A DNA stretch of 39,065 nucleotides from Candidatus Iainarchaeum sp. (GCA_016926295.1 JAFGOX010000009.1:1-39065), one strand, 5' to 3'. Numbered from the stretch's first letter, positions 18,227-27,320 are shown. Made by a program: numbers and translations. Notes: generated from the letters alone by a model not told the origin.

Positions 18227-18558
18227 GTGATGTATGCCCTGTTTGTGGACTCCCAAAAGAACTTTGTATATGCGAACAAATTTCTCAGGAGCAACAAAAA
18301 ATAAACATAAGAAGTTCAAGCCGCAAATATGGCAAAGTTGCAATTGTGGTCGACGGTTTTGACAAAAAAACCGATATCAAAAACATAGGCAAGGAACTAA
18401 AACGACAATTGGCCTGTGGCGGAACAGTAAAAAACGACACAATTGAACTGCAGGCAGGAAAAGGAAGAAATATGATGCAGATAGACCAGCAAAAAAAGAA
18501 AATAAAGGAAATATTAATCCAGATGGGGTACAAGGATGAACAAATCAATCTCAGTTAA
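18223..18558 (+). CDS. sui1: Translation initiation factor SUI1/aIF-1
   Basis: CPVCGLPKELCICE and LK..LACGGTVK...IELQ. Confidence 0.95.
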   Translation: MSDVCPVCGLPKELCICEQISQEQQKINIRSSSRKYGKVAIVVDGFDKKTDIKNIGKELKRQLACGGTVKNDTIELQAGKGRNMMQIDQQKKKIKEILIQMGYKDEQINLS

Positions 18559-18826
18559 GGATAATATTTTGGTACAAGAATTAACCGGTCTGCAAATAAA
18601 AGTCAAAAAAAGCACAAGTAAGGAACTCATCGGCACGGAAGGAAAAATAATCGAAGAGACAATGAACACATTCAAGATTGAAACAAAGGAAAAGCATGAA
18701 AAAATCATACCAAAAAAAGGAAACATTTTTCTTGTGACAAAAGATGGAAAAGAAAATGAAATTGATGGTAACAAAATTATATGCAGACCACAGGATAGAA
18801 CAAAAAAATATTGGGTGAAAAAATAA
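18536..18826 (+). CDS. rnp1: Ribonuclease P protein subunit Rpp29 (P1)
   Basis: EL.GL, G.EG.II.ET.NT, IPK...F, RP.DR; syntenic before uS17. Start uncertain. Confidence 0.9.
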   Translation: MNKSISVKDNILVQELTGLQIKVKKSTSKELIGTEGKIIEETMNTFKIETKEKHEKIIPKKGNIFLVTKDGKENEIDGNKIICRPQDRTKKYWVKK

Positions 18827-19110
18827 TGGAAGAATGCAAAGATTCAAAATGTCCGTTCCACGGTAGCTTGGCCGTAAGAGGTCAGACAATCACAGGTGTA
18901 GTGGTACGTGACAAAATGCAAAATAGCGTAATAGTGCAGAAAGAATATGCCCGCTATGTACCAAAATACAAACGTTACATGAAAGTACGTTCAAGAATCC
19001 CTGCCCACAACCCACCATGCATAAAGGCAAAAACAGGAGATAAAGTTGAATTAAGCGAATGCAGAAAACTAAGCAAGACAAAAGCGTTCGTAGTAACAAA
19101 AAAATTATAG
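18826..19110 (+). CDS. rps17: 30S ribosomal protein uS17
   Basis: CKDSKCPFHG.L.VRG, PKY.RY, AHNPPC, ECR.LSKTK.F. Confidence 0.97.
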   Translation: MEECKDSKCPFHGSLAVRGQTITGVVVRDKMQNSVIVQKEYARYVPKYKRYMKVRSRIPAHNPPCIKAKTGDKVELSECRKLSKTKAFVVTKKL

Positions 19111-19119
19111 GTGAAATAA

Positions 19120-19518
19120 ATGAAGGCATTACCTGCAAATATAACCAAGGGAATAATTACTGGAACCAGGCTAGTTTGCGCAGACAACAGTGGTGCAAAA
19201 GAACTGGAAGTAATAGGCGTAAAAGGTTACAAAGGCAGGAAAAGACGTTACCCTGCTGCAGGCTTGGGAGACATGGTAATCTGCTCAGTCAAAAAGGGTA
19301 AGGTAAGTGTCAGAAAGCAAAAAGTAAAAGCAGTAATAATAAGACAAAAAAGAGCTTACAAAAGACCAAACGGAACCCGGGTAAAGTTCTGGGACAACGC
19401 AGCAATTTTGGTAAATGATGATGGTATTCCAAAAGGAAGTGAAATCAAAGGACCCGCAGCAAAAGAGGTTGGCGTACGCTGGCCAAAGGTTGCAGGTATC
19501 GCACCAATGTTATTCTAG
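19120..19518 (+). CDS. rpl14: 50S ribosomal protein uL14
   Basis: ADNSGAK, AVIIRQK, F.DNA, KGSEIKGP.AKE. Confidence 0.97.
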   Translation: MKALPANITKGIITGTRLVCADNSGAKELEVIGVKGYKGRKRRYPAAGLGDMVICSVKKGKVSVRKQKVKAVIIRQKRAYKRPNGTRVKFWDNAAILVNDDGIPKGSEIKGPAAKEVGVRWPKVAGIAPMLF

Positions 19519-19527
19519 GTGAAATAA

Positions 19528-20058
19528 ATGAAAATAAAATCAAGTCAAGCAAGAAAACAAAGGCTAACCCTTTACGAGATGCCTTTACATCACAGGAAAA
19601 AGCTAATGTCAGCTACATTATCAAAAGACTTGAGAAATGAAATTGGCGCCAGGAATATTGTAGTGAGAAAGGGCGATACAATCAAAGTAGTAAGGGGCAC
19701 ACACAGGGATAAAACCGGTGTTGTTGCTTTGGTAGACAGAATGAGTGGGTTTGTACAGGTGCAGGGAATAAATATCAAAAAAGTTGATGGAAAGGAACTC
19801 CCGGCAAAAATAGCACCATCAAATATCATAATCACAGATATCGACACAACAGACAAGAAAAGATTCAAGAACGTGGCAAAAGGAAAAACAATTAAGGAAA
19901 GAGCTCCGAAGAAAATAGAAGAACCAAAGAAGAAAGAGGAAAAGGAAGAGGCAGAAAAAGAAGAAGAAAAGCCAAAAGCAAAGAAAGAAACCACAAAGAA
20001 AGAGAAGCCAAAAAAGGAAAAAGAAGAAACTGAGGAGATTCAACCTATAAGAATTTAA
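19528..20058 (+). CDS. rpl24: 50S ribosomal protein uL24 with Lys/Glu-rich C-terminal tail
   Basis: S.Q.RKQR, LS.DLR, KOW motif VRKGD.IKV.RG, PSN. Confidence 0.95.
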   Translation: MKIKSSQARKQRLTLYEMPLHHRKKLMSATLSKDLRNEIGARNIVVRKGDTIKVVRGTHRDKTGVVALVDRMSGFVQVQGINIKKVDGKELPAKIAPSNIIITDIDTTDKKRFKNVAKGKTIKERAPKKIEEPKKKEEKEEAEKEEEKPKAKKETTKKEKPKKEKEETEEIQPIRI

Positions 20059-20068
20059 GGTGAAAACA

Positions 20069-20803
20069 ATGGGAAACGCAGGTGAAAGGAAGAGGCAAAA
20101 AAGGATTTCAGCTCCAAAGGTCGCAATGATTAAGAGAAAGGAAAATACTTGGACTTTCAGAATCAAAGCAGGAAAGCACAAGAAGAACACAGGAATTCCG
20201 CTTGGCCTTATAGTTAGGGACTACCTTGGCTTTGCCGAAACTGCTAAAGAAAGTTTATTCATGATAAACAACGGGTATGTTCTTGTAGATGGAAAAACAA
20301 TAAAGGGCGGAAACAAATACATAACCGGTTTATTTGATGTAATTTCATTCCCGGAAATCAAAAAGAACTACAGGATTGTATTTGACAAAAAAGGTAGGTT
20401 AATACCTTTGGAAATCAAAGACTTAAAAGACAAGATATGCAAAATAACAAATAAAACCCAGTTAAACAAAGATACTATCCAAATCACGCTTAATGACTCA
20501 AGAAACATAAGAATACCCCTAAAGGAAAAGGACAAGTACAAAGTTGGTGGTAGTGTAAAGATTTCGTTGCCTGAAGGAAAAATAAATGAAATTTATGAAT
20601 TAAAAGAAGGAAATATATCATATGTTATCCATGGAAAACATGCAGGCAGTGAAGGAAAATTAGTTGCAATTGTTCCCGCAACAATGACAAAACCGGCAAT
20701 TGTTAAAATTGCATCAAAAGAAGCAGAATTTGAAACAACAAGTGAAAACACGATTATAATCGGAAAAACAAAACCAGAAGTTGAATTATTCGGTGGTAAA
20801 TAA
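20069..20803 (+). CDS. rps4e: 30S ribosomal protein eS4
   Basis: KR..AP, G.H....IPL...RD.L, VDG, GLFDVI, G.HAG; ATG 20069 after GGTGA. Confidence 0.95.
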   Translation: MGNAGERKRQKRISAPKVAMIKRKENTWTFRIKAGKHKKNTGIPLGLIVRDYLGFAETAKESLFMINNGYVLVDGKTIKGGNKYITGLFDVISFPEIKKNYRIVFDKKGRLIPLEIKDLKDKICKITNKTQLNKDTIQITLNDSRNIRIPLKEKDKYKVGGSVKISLPEGKINEIYELKEGNISYVIHGKHAGSEGKLVAIVPATMTKPAIVKIASKEAEFETTSENTIIIGKTKPEVELFGGK

Positions 20804-21318
20804 TGTCAGAAAAAAATCCAATAACCGCACTTAAGCTTGAAAAGGTAGTGCTAAACATCGGCGCAGGCGAACCAGGAAACAAACTGAACCATGCCGTTAC
20901 ATTACTGGAAAGGATTACTGGCAAGAAAGCAACCAAAACAAAATGCAAGGTAAAAGAACCAAAATGGAGCCTTAGAGAAGGCCTTGAAATTGGAACAAAA
21001 ATAACCTTGAGAAGAAATGACGCAGATGAAATGCTCAAGAGAGCTTTAGTTGTTGTAGACAACACATTAAAGAAAAGCTCAGTATCAGAAAATGGCAACA
21101 TCAGCTTTGGCGTACCTGAATACATTGACCTTCCTGGAATCGAATACGATCCAGACTTGGGAATCATGGGATTCGACGTATGCATAAAGTTAAAAAAAGC
21201 CGGAGAAAGAGTTTCACGAAGAAAAATAAGACCAAAAAAGATGCCCAAAAGACACAAAAGTACTAAGGAAGAAACCATAAACTTCCTGCAAGAAAAATAT
21301 GGAGTTAAGTTTGAATAG
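20803..21318 (+). CDS. rpl5: 50S ribosomal protein uL5
   Basis: EKVVLNIGAGE, G.KITLR, GN.SFG, YDP..GI.G.D. Confidence 0.96.
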   Translation: MSEKNPITALKLEKVVLNIGAGEPGNKLNHAVTLLERITGKKATKTKCKVKEPKWSLREGLEIGTKITLRRNDADEMLKRALVVVDNTLKKSSVSENGNISFGVPEYIDLPGIEYDPDLGIMGFDVCIKLKKAGERVSRRKIRPKKMPKRHKSTKEETINFLQEKYGVKFE

Positions 21319-21326
21319 GTGTAACA

Positions 21327-21503
21327 ATGGCAACCATAAAGAAGCAGAAAAATGAAAGGATAATAGAAAAGAAAGGTAGAGGAAACAGAAAATGCAGAAT
21401 ATGCAATAACCCGAACGCCTTGCTTAGAAGATACAGATTAAACATCTGCAGAAAATGCTTCAGAGAATATGCAGAGGAGATTGGTTTCAAGAAATACAAT
21501 TAG
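21327..21503 (+). CDS. rps14: 30S ribosomal protein uS14 (zinc-binding); not in the supplied ORF track (58 aa)
   Basis: Manual translation MATIKKQKNERIIEKKGRGNRKCRICNNPNALLRRYRLNICRKCFREYAEEIGFKKYN; CxxC...CxxC, SD AGGTG upstream, between uL5 and uS8. Confidence 0.96.
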   Translation: MATIKKQKNERIIEKKGRGNRKCRICNNPNALLRRYRLNICRKCFREYAEEIGFKKYN

Positions 21504-21511
21504 GTGATGAA

Positions 21512-21904
21512 ATGGCTCTAAATGACACTTTAGCAAATGCAATGATATGCATCAAAAACGGAGAAGCAATCGGACATGATACCTGTGTAATCAGGCCTGC
21601 ATCTAAACTAATTAAAGAAGTGCTTAGAGTCATGCAGAAAAACGAATACATTGGGGACTTCGAAGAAGTTGATGACGGTCGCGACAAATTATTCAAGGTC
21701 AAACTTAGCGGAAAGGTAAACAACTGCAAGGCAATCAAGCCAAGACTGCCAATAAAAAGAACCGAATATGATGTTATAGAAAAACAATATCTTCCTGCAA
21801 AAGGCGTGGGAATTATCATAATAACCACCCCTGATGGCGTAATGAGCCTGGATGAGGCAAAGGAAAAGAAAATTGGCGGGAGATTATTGGCCTTTGTATA
21901 TTAG
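21512..21904 (+). CDS. rps8: 30S ribosomal protein uS8
   Basis: D.LANA...I.N.E, P.SKLI, IKPR, LPA, TT..GVMS, GGRLLAFVY; ATG 21512 after AGGTGA. Confidence 0.97.
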   Translation: MALNDTLANAMICIKNGEAIGHDTCVIRPASKLIKEVLRVMQKNEYIGDFEEVDDGRDKLFKVKLSGKVNNCKAIKPRLPIKRTEYDVIEKQYLPAKGVGIIIITTPDGVMSLDEAKEKKIGGRLLAFVY

Positions 21905-21911
21905 TGATGTT

Positions 21912-22451
21912 ATGGAAAAGAAAGTAATTAGCGAAATAAAAATACCCGAAGGGGTTAACATAACCGTAGAAGGCAAAACAGTTAATGTCCAGAGTGGTGA
22001 AAAGAAAACATCAAGGACAATAAAGACAAAAGGCATTGACGTAATTGTAGAAGGTGACACAGTTAAAATACTGGTCCCAAATGAAAGAAAGAGCTTTGTA
22101 TCAACCGGAATAACAATCGGAAAGCACATAGAGAATATGATACTTGGCGTAAGAAAGGGTTTTGTTTACAAGTTAAAAATTAATTATGCGCACTTCCCAA
22201 TCAGGGCCGCAGTAAACGGCGATGTGGTAGATATTGAAAACTATGTTGGAAGAAAGCAAAAGATAAAATCAAAAATAATGCCCGGAGCAAAAGTTGAAGT
22301 TAAAGGACAGGACATTATTGTCAGTGGAATAAGCAAAGAAGCAGTAGGACAAACTGCAGCAAACATGGAAGAAGCAACAAAAGCAAGAAGACTTTGCAAC
22401 AGAAAATTCCTTGATGGCATTTACCTTATGGAAAGAGGTGTTGGAAAATGA
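21912..22451 (+). CDS. rpl6: 50S ribosomal protein uL6
   Basis: IPEGV, HI.NMI.GV..GF.YKL, YAHFP, VGQTAAN.E, F.DGIY; ATG 21912. Confidence 0.96.
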   Translation: MEKKVISEIKIPEGVNITVEGKTVNVQSGEKKTSRTIKTKGIDVIVEGDTVKILVPNERKSFVSTGITIGKHIENMILGVRKGFVYKLKINYAHFPIRAAVNGDVVDIENYVGRKQKIKSKIMPGAKVEVKGQDIIVSGISKEAVGQTAANMEEATKARRLCNRKFLDGIYLMERGVGK

Positions 22452-22822
22452 CTGACGACATAAAGAAAAGAAAGAGAATGATCAAGAAAAAGGTCAAACC
22501 GCGCTTCAGAAGGCAAGAAATAAACAAATTGAAGAAATTGGCAAACAACGACAGGTGGAAAAAGCCAAGGGGCATCAACTCAGACAAAGCAGACAAAATG
22601 AAGCCTAACGGCGTTCACCCAAAAATTGGGTACAGCGCGCCAAAAGAAATAAGATTCATGCACCCGTCAGGATACTACGAAACAAGAGTCTTCAATACCC
22701 AACAATTGGAAAGCTTGCCAGAAAATCATGCAATCAGGATAGGAAGAACCGTAGGAAAAAGAAAGAAACTTGACATAATCAAGGCGGCAGAAGCCAAAGG
22801 AATAAAAGTGCTAAACAGATAG
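22448..22822 (+). CDS. rpl32e: 50S ribosomal protein eL32
   Basis: P.FRRQE, W.KPRG, GY..P, HPSGY, VG.RK, VLN. Confidence 0.95.
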   Translation: MTDDIKKRKRMIKKKVKPRFRRQEINKLKKLANNDRWKKPRGINSDKADKMKPNGVHPKIGYSAPKEIRFMHPSGYYETRVFNTQQLESLPENHAIRIGRTVGKRKKLDIIKAAEAKGIKVLNR

Positions 22823-22831
22823 GTGAAGTAA

Positions 22832-23275
22832 ATGAAAGTAGTAAAAGCGAGAGAAATAGCAGCAGAAGTTGCAGGCGTAGGAAAAAGCAAGATAAAAATA
22901 GATTTTGCACGCATGGAAGACATAAGTAAAGCTATTACTCGCGATGACATAAGGGCACTTTTGAAAGATGGCGGGATTACAGTAAGCAAAGAAAATTACC
23001 AAAGTCGCGGAAGAGCAAGAGTCAAGCACGTAAGAAGGAAAATGGGCCGCGGAAGAAAAGCAGGTAGCAAAAAAGGTACATTAAAGGCAAGAGAAAAACC
23101 AAAGAAAAGATGGATACAAAAAGTGAGAGCACTCAGAAAAGAATTATCAAAGCAAAAAACTGAAAAAAATCTGGAAACCAAAGAATACAGAACTTTCTAC
23201 AGGAGAGTAAAAGGTAACTGGTTCAAAAACAAAAAACACCTGACCCAGACCATTGGTGAAGGTTCCAAGAAGTAG
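22832..23275 (+). CDS. rpl19e: 50S ribosomal protein eL19
   Basis: AITRDDIR.L, SRGRAR, GSKKG...AR, W...VRALR. Confidence 0.96.
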   Translation: MKVVKAREIAAEVAGVGKSKIKIDFARMEDISKAITRDDIRALLKDGGITVSKENYQSRGRARVKHVRRKMGRGRKAGSKKGTLKAREKPKKRWIQKVRALRKELSKQKTEKNLETKEYRTFYRRVKGNWFKNKKHLTQTIGEGSKK

Positions 23276-23284
23276 GTGCAAAAA

Positions 23285-23848
23285 ATGAAGAGCAGAAGAC
23301 AATTCAAAAGAAGATTGAAAGGAAGGACGAATTACAAAAAGCGTCTTGCACTTGTGAAATCCAGAAAGACCAGATTTGTTATCAGAAGAAGCAGCAATAC
23401 AATATTAATACAGGCAATTAACTTTGGAATGAAGGGCGACCACACAATAACCGGCGCAATGTCACGCGAACTTTCAAAACTAGGATGGAAAGCACACACC
23501 GGAAACATACAGGCAGCATACCTAACTGGTTTACTTTGCGCAAAAAAAGCAAAGGAAAAGGGCACCACAGAAGGAATTCTGGATTTGGGGCTTGCAACAC
23601 CAGTCCATGGAAACGCAATATTCGCCGCACTTAAGGGTTTAATTGACGGCGGAATTCAAATACCCGCAAATGAAGAGGTTTTCCCAGCAGAAGAGATATT
23701 AAACGGAACCACAACTGCAGAGTGGGCAAAGAAATTAGAAAAAGAAAAATATGATATTCAATTCTCAGAATACAACAAAAAGGGATTCAAAGTAGAAACT
23801 TTACCAAAACACTTTGAAGAAATCAAAGCAAAAATAGTGGGCAAATAG
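23285..23848 (+). CDS. rpl18: 50S ribosomal protein uL18
   Basis: G.TNY.KRL, S.EL...GW, AAYLTG, LD.GL; ATG 23285 after AGGTG. Confidence 0.96.
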   Translation: MKSRRQFKRRLKGRTNYKKRLALVKSRKTRFVIRRSSNTILIQAINFGMKGDHTITGAMSRELSKLGWKAHTGNIQAAYLTGLLCAKKAKEKGTTEGILDLGLATPVHGNAIFAALKGLIDGGIQIPANEEVFPAEEILNGTTTAEWAKKLEKEKYDIQFSEYNKKGFKVETLPKHFEEIKAKIVGK

Positions 23849-23856
23849 GTGAATTA

Positions 23857-24555
23857 ATGATGGAAAATAGAGAAAGAAGAAGATTTGAGCCAGAACCGAA
23901 AATTTGGACACCTAAAACAGCATTAGGTCGCCAAGTAAAGGATGGCCAAATAACCAGTCTAGATGCAATCCTAACCTCTGGACAATCCATTGCAGAGGCA
24001 GAGATAGTTGATGCATTATTGCCCAACATAAGATCAGAAACCCTATCAATAAACAGAACAACAAGAATCAGGGACTCAGGCAGGGTTATGTCATTCCAGG
24101 CAACAGTAGCTGTGGGAAACGGAAATGGCTATGTTGGAATAGGCACAGGAAAGGCATTATCAGTAAGAGATGCAATCGAGAAAGCCGTAAGAAAGGCAAA
24201 AATGAGCATAATGAGTATAAAACGTGGCTGTGGCAGCTGGCAATGCACATGCGGAAATCCACACACAGTACCATTCAAAGTTGAAGGAAAATGTGGCTCA
24301 GTAAGAATAATATTAATGCCTGCACCAAACGGGCTTGGAATAAGCACAGGAAAAACAGCAAAAACAATACTTGAACTTGCAGGAATTAATGATGCATGGC
24401 TGACAACAAAAGGAAAAACAAGCACAAGCATGAACTTTGCAAAGGCAACGGTTGATGCATTAAAACAAACCAACCTAAAGAAAGGAAAAATGGCCGAATT
24501 TGGAGAAGCACCAAAAATAGAAATGGTAGTTGAAACAAAAGAGGAATCAGAATGA
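23857..24555 (+). CDS. rps5: 30S ribosomal protein uS5
   Basis: W.PKT.LG, DSGR, VGNGNGYVG.G, RGCGSW.C.C...H.VPF.V.GKCGSV. Confidence 0.97.
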   Translation: MMENRERRRFEPEPKIWTPKTALGRQVKDGQITSLDAILTSGQSIAEAEIVDALLPNIRSETLSINRTTRIRDSGRVMSFQATVAVGNGNGYVGIGTGKALSVRDAIEKAVRKAKMSIMSIKRGCGSWQCTCGNPHTVPFKVEGKCGSVRIILMPAPNGLGISTGKTAKTILELAGINDAWLTTKGKTSTSMNFAKATVDALKQTNLKKGKMAEFGEAPKIEMVVETKEESE

Positions 24556-25022
24556 GTCTAATAGCAGTAGTAAGAATACGTGGAGAGGTCCACAACTATC
24601 CAGATGTAAGAAAAACACTGGAATTACTTAATCTGACCCGTGTAAACCATTGCGTATTAGTCCAGAACACCCCACAAAACATGGGAATGGTAAAGAAAGT
24701 GAAGGACTACATAACATGGGGCGAGATTTCAAAGGAAACATTCACATTACTTATGGAAAAAAGGGGAAGACTGATGGGAAACAAAAGACTAACCCCCGAA
24801 ATGCTAAAAGAAAAAACAGAATTCTCAAAACTTGATGCAATTGTTGACAAGCTTTACAACGGCGATGTAAAATTTAAGGACATCAAGGAACTTAAACCGG
24901 TCTTCAGACTTCATCCGCCAAAAAAAGGATTTGAAAAGAAAGGCATAAAGAAAACTTTCAGACAGGGCGGAGTCTTGGGACAAAGAGAGAACATTGACAG
25001 CCTTTTAATTAAAATGATATAG
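24552..25022 (+). CDS. rpl30: 50S ribosomal protein uL30 (long archaeal type)
   Basis: AVVRIRG, GM..KVKDYITWGE, FRLHPP.KG. Confidence 0.96.
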   Translation: MSLIAVVRIRGEVHNYPDVRKTLELLNLTRVNHCVLVQNTPQNMGMVKKVKDYITWGEISKETFTLLMEKRGRLMGNKRLTPEMLKEKTEFSKLDAIVDKLYNGDVKFKDIKELKPVFRLHPPKKGFEKKGIKKTFRQGGVLGQRENIDSLLIKMI

Positions 25023-25030
25023 GTGAAAAA

Positions 25031-25489
25031 ATGAAAACCCTACCAAGAAGAAGAAAGAAAAATATAAAATTCCGTGGTGAGCGCGTGCAAGGCTGCGGCA
25101 ACACTGCTAGCAAAAGAGGTAAGGGACGAACTGGAGGAAGAGGACGAGGAGGTTCACACAAACACAAATTCTCCAAGTACTACATGACTTTTGGTAAAAA
25201 GGGTTTCAAGAGACCCGGAGAAGAATTACTAAAAGGAATAAATGTTTATGATATATACGAACAGGTAAAAGCAGGAAAGTTAGGCGAAAAGAAAGACGGA
25301 AAAATAGTTGTTGACCTAACTGAAAAAGGATATGATATACTTTTGGGTCGCGGAAACCCACAGAAATTAGACTCATCATTGGAAATCAAGGTTGGCAAAG
25401 TAACTGCAAAAGCAAAAGAGAAATCAGAAGCATTAGGTTGGACCATTATCGGAATCGGTGATGGGGCTGAACAGGGTGTTGAAGAATGA
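25031..25489 (+). CDS. rpl15: 50S ribosomal protein uL15
   Basis: RG.G..GGRG..G..KHK, FGK.GF, LG.G, A..K.E. Confidence 0.94.
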   Translation: MKTLPRRRKKNIKFRGERVQGCGNTASKRGKGRTGGRGRGGSHKHKFSKYYMTFGKKGFKRPGEELLKGINVYDIYEQVKAGKLGEKKDGKIVVDLTEKGYDILLGRGNPQKLDSSLEIKVGKVTAKAKEKSEALGWTIIGIGDGAEQGVEE

Positions 25490-26931
25490 CCTGGATTGAT
25501 CAATTAGAACCGCTCTATTCAAGAGTGCCTTCTGTTAAAACTCCGGCAGTCGCGCCAAACTTAATGACAAAGTTGAAATGGACTGCAGTTATCTTACTTG
25601 TTTTCTTTGTACTTGGAGAAATTAAATTGATTGGAATCAGCGCAGCAACCGCAGGAAGGTTTGCGCAGTTCCAGATGATTCTCGCAAGCAACATGGGTAC
25701 ATTACTTACCGCAGGTATTGGTCCCATAGTCATTGCATCATTGGTGCTTCAGCTTATGGTTGGTGCCAAGATATTGCCATTAGATATGTCAAATCCTATG
25801 GACAGGGCAAAATTTATGGGTTTGAACAGGTTGTTTGCAATTATAATGTGTATTATTGAGCCCCTTGCATATGTTATGGGCGGAATGCTCGCGCCCGCAG
25901 CAGGACCGATGTTCCTCGGAATTAATCTTAACATTATTTTAATCACTGCACAAGTTGCGGCAGGTTCTTTGATTTTGCTTTATTTGGATGATATTTGCGG
26001 GAAATATGGTATTGGTAGCGGTATTGGACTTTTTATCGCCGCAGGAGTTTCAGGCGCGATATTCTGGAGAATATTGAATCCTTTCACAGGTACTGGCGCA
26101 GTTTGGTTCATGGCTGGAAGCGCACCACAGGGTTTGGGCTGGGCAATTTTATACTATCTGACACAAGCAAGCTTCAGCAACATAATACTTGCCGCACTTC
26201 CAATAATCTTTACATTGATTGTGTTCTTGATTGTAGCATATGCCGAAGGTATACATGTAGATATTCCGGTTACATCATCAATGGGTTTTGGAACAAGATT
26301 CCCAATCAAATTTCTTTACTCATCAAACCTTCCGGTTATCTTCGCAGTAATGCTTTTTGCAAACATCCAATTGCTAGCATTGATGGCACAGGGAACACCG
26401 CTTGACCCGTGGATAGGACACTACCAAAACGGTCAGCTTGTAAGCGGATTTGCATTTTACACAAATGCCCCATACGGATACGTGCTTAACTTGGTGCAGC
26501 AGGCAATGGGCGCAACAGCAGAAGAACTTGGTGGAATCAGTACGCTAAGTTTGGGAAGCATAGCGCATGTAATTGGTTATTTTATATTAATGACTGTAAC
26601 TGCAACAGCATTTGGTTTGCTATGGCTTGAGATTTCGGGCACAGGGCCAAAAACACTTGCTGAACAACTGCATTCGCAGGGACAGCAGATTGCAGGGTAC
26701 AGGCGAGATCCGAGAATACTCGAGAATGTCCTGAGGAAATACATTCCTCCATCAGCATTTTTAGGTTCTGCAGCAGTAGGTATGCTTGCAGCAGGGGCAG
26801 ACATTATCGGGTGCCTTTCATCAGGTACGGGTATTCTGCTTACAGTAGGTATTGTTTACAGGTTCTACGAGGACCTTAGAAATATGCAGGCTCAGGAGCA
26901 AAATCCTATGCTTGCAAAAATACTCAAATAA
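25486..26931 (+). CDS. secY: Preprotein translocase subunit SecY
   Basis: KLKWT, GIGPIV, G.GSGIGLFIAAGV, PIKF.Y.SN.PVI, RRDPR, GTGILLTV.I; multiple TM segments. Confidence 0.98.
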   Translation: MTWIDQLEPLYSRVPSVKTPAVAPNLMTKLKWTAVILLVFFVLGEIKLIGISAATAGRFAQFQMILASNMGTLLTAGIGPIVIASLVLQLMVGAKILPLDMSNPMDRAKFMGLNRLFAIIMCIIEPLAYVMGGMLAPAAGPMFLGINLNIILITAQVAAGSLILLYLDDICGKYGIGSGIGLFIAAGVSGAIFWRILNPFTGTGAVWFMAGSAPQGLGWAILYYLTQASFSNIILAALPIIFTLIVFLIVAYAEGIHVDIPVTSSMGFGTRFPIKFLYSSNLPVIFAVMLFANIQLLALMAQGTPLDPWIGHYQNGQLVSGFAFYTNAPYGYVLNLVQQAMGATAEELGGISTLSLGSIAHVIGYFILMTVTATAFGLLWLEISGTGPKTLAEQLHSQGQQIAGYRRDPRILENVLRKYIPPSAFLGSAAVGMLAAGADIIGCLSSGTGILLTVGIVYRFYEDLRNMQAQEQNPMLAKILK

Positions 26932-27053
26932 GCCCAAGAATCCTAGAATGGGTTCCAAACTTAATGGTTGGGCTTTAAATGGCTATAAACGCCTAAATTT
27001 GGCTTAAAAACAAAAATATAGGAAAAATAAGTCTTTTCATTTAAAAGACCAAG

Positions 27054-27068
27054 CAAAACGAATAAAAG
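27054..27068 (+). promoter_or_regulatory. Possible BRE-TATA promoter upstream of the structured RNA
   Basis: CAAAACG-AATAAAAG resembles the tuf promoter BRE (CAAAGCG), with an imperfect TATA; about 27-30 nt before the first helix at 27095. Confidence 0.35.
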
Positions 27069-27094
27069 CACAATAGGCCAATATAATATTAAAT

Positions 27095-27308
27095 AATCTA
27101 ACAAAGTCCAAGCGGCTATTTTGTTGGATTCATTGAATATAAGGTAAGTAGTCCAAAAGGACAATCTGGTTCAGAGCTAATCCGCGGAAGTCACTCGGTG
27201 GCATGGACATTAAATTTTCATACCTCTGGTCCAGACGTTACAAACCAAATGGATTGTAACACTTGCAATATAATTCAGTGAAAAGATAAGTAAAAGAGTA
27301 AAAACTCT
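27095..27308 (+). ncRNA. Unidentified structured RNA (hairpin + four-way junction domain + hairpin); cis-leader or independent ncRNA
   Basis: Manual fold gives several nested helices of 4-12 bp with G-U pairs that only work on the + strand; no recognisable family motif. Confidence 0.65.
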
Positions 27309-27320
27309 CAAGGTGAATTA

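Noticed and set aside
26991..27112. RNase P P4-like pairing AAG(U)CCAAG (27104-112) with UUUGGCUU (26998-27005), which would imply a circularly permuted RNase P RNA
   Set aside because: The flanking GAGGAA and ACAGAA consensus is missing, the 5' strand overlaps a competing 11-bp hairpin, and no other conserved RNase P regions were found; probably chance in AT-rich DNA. A permuted covariance-model search would settle it.
26961..27164. 67-aa hydrophobic minus-strand ORF in the secY-DUF106 spacer
   Set aside because: TTG start without an SD; hydrophobicity follows from the A-rich + strand; it overlaps helices whose G-U pairs favour a + strand RNA. Not fully excluded.
26930..27308. SRP RNA, suggested by its position beside secY
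   Set aside because: No helix-8 signature (GNRA loop with the CAGG/AGCAG internal loop) and no Alu UGU motif found.
26932..27320. Adenylate kinase pseudogene at its usual locus
   Set aside because: No P-loop-like remnant or long + strand frame recognised; the strong base-pairing pattern fits RNA structure better.
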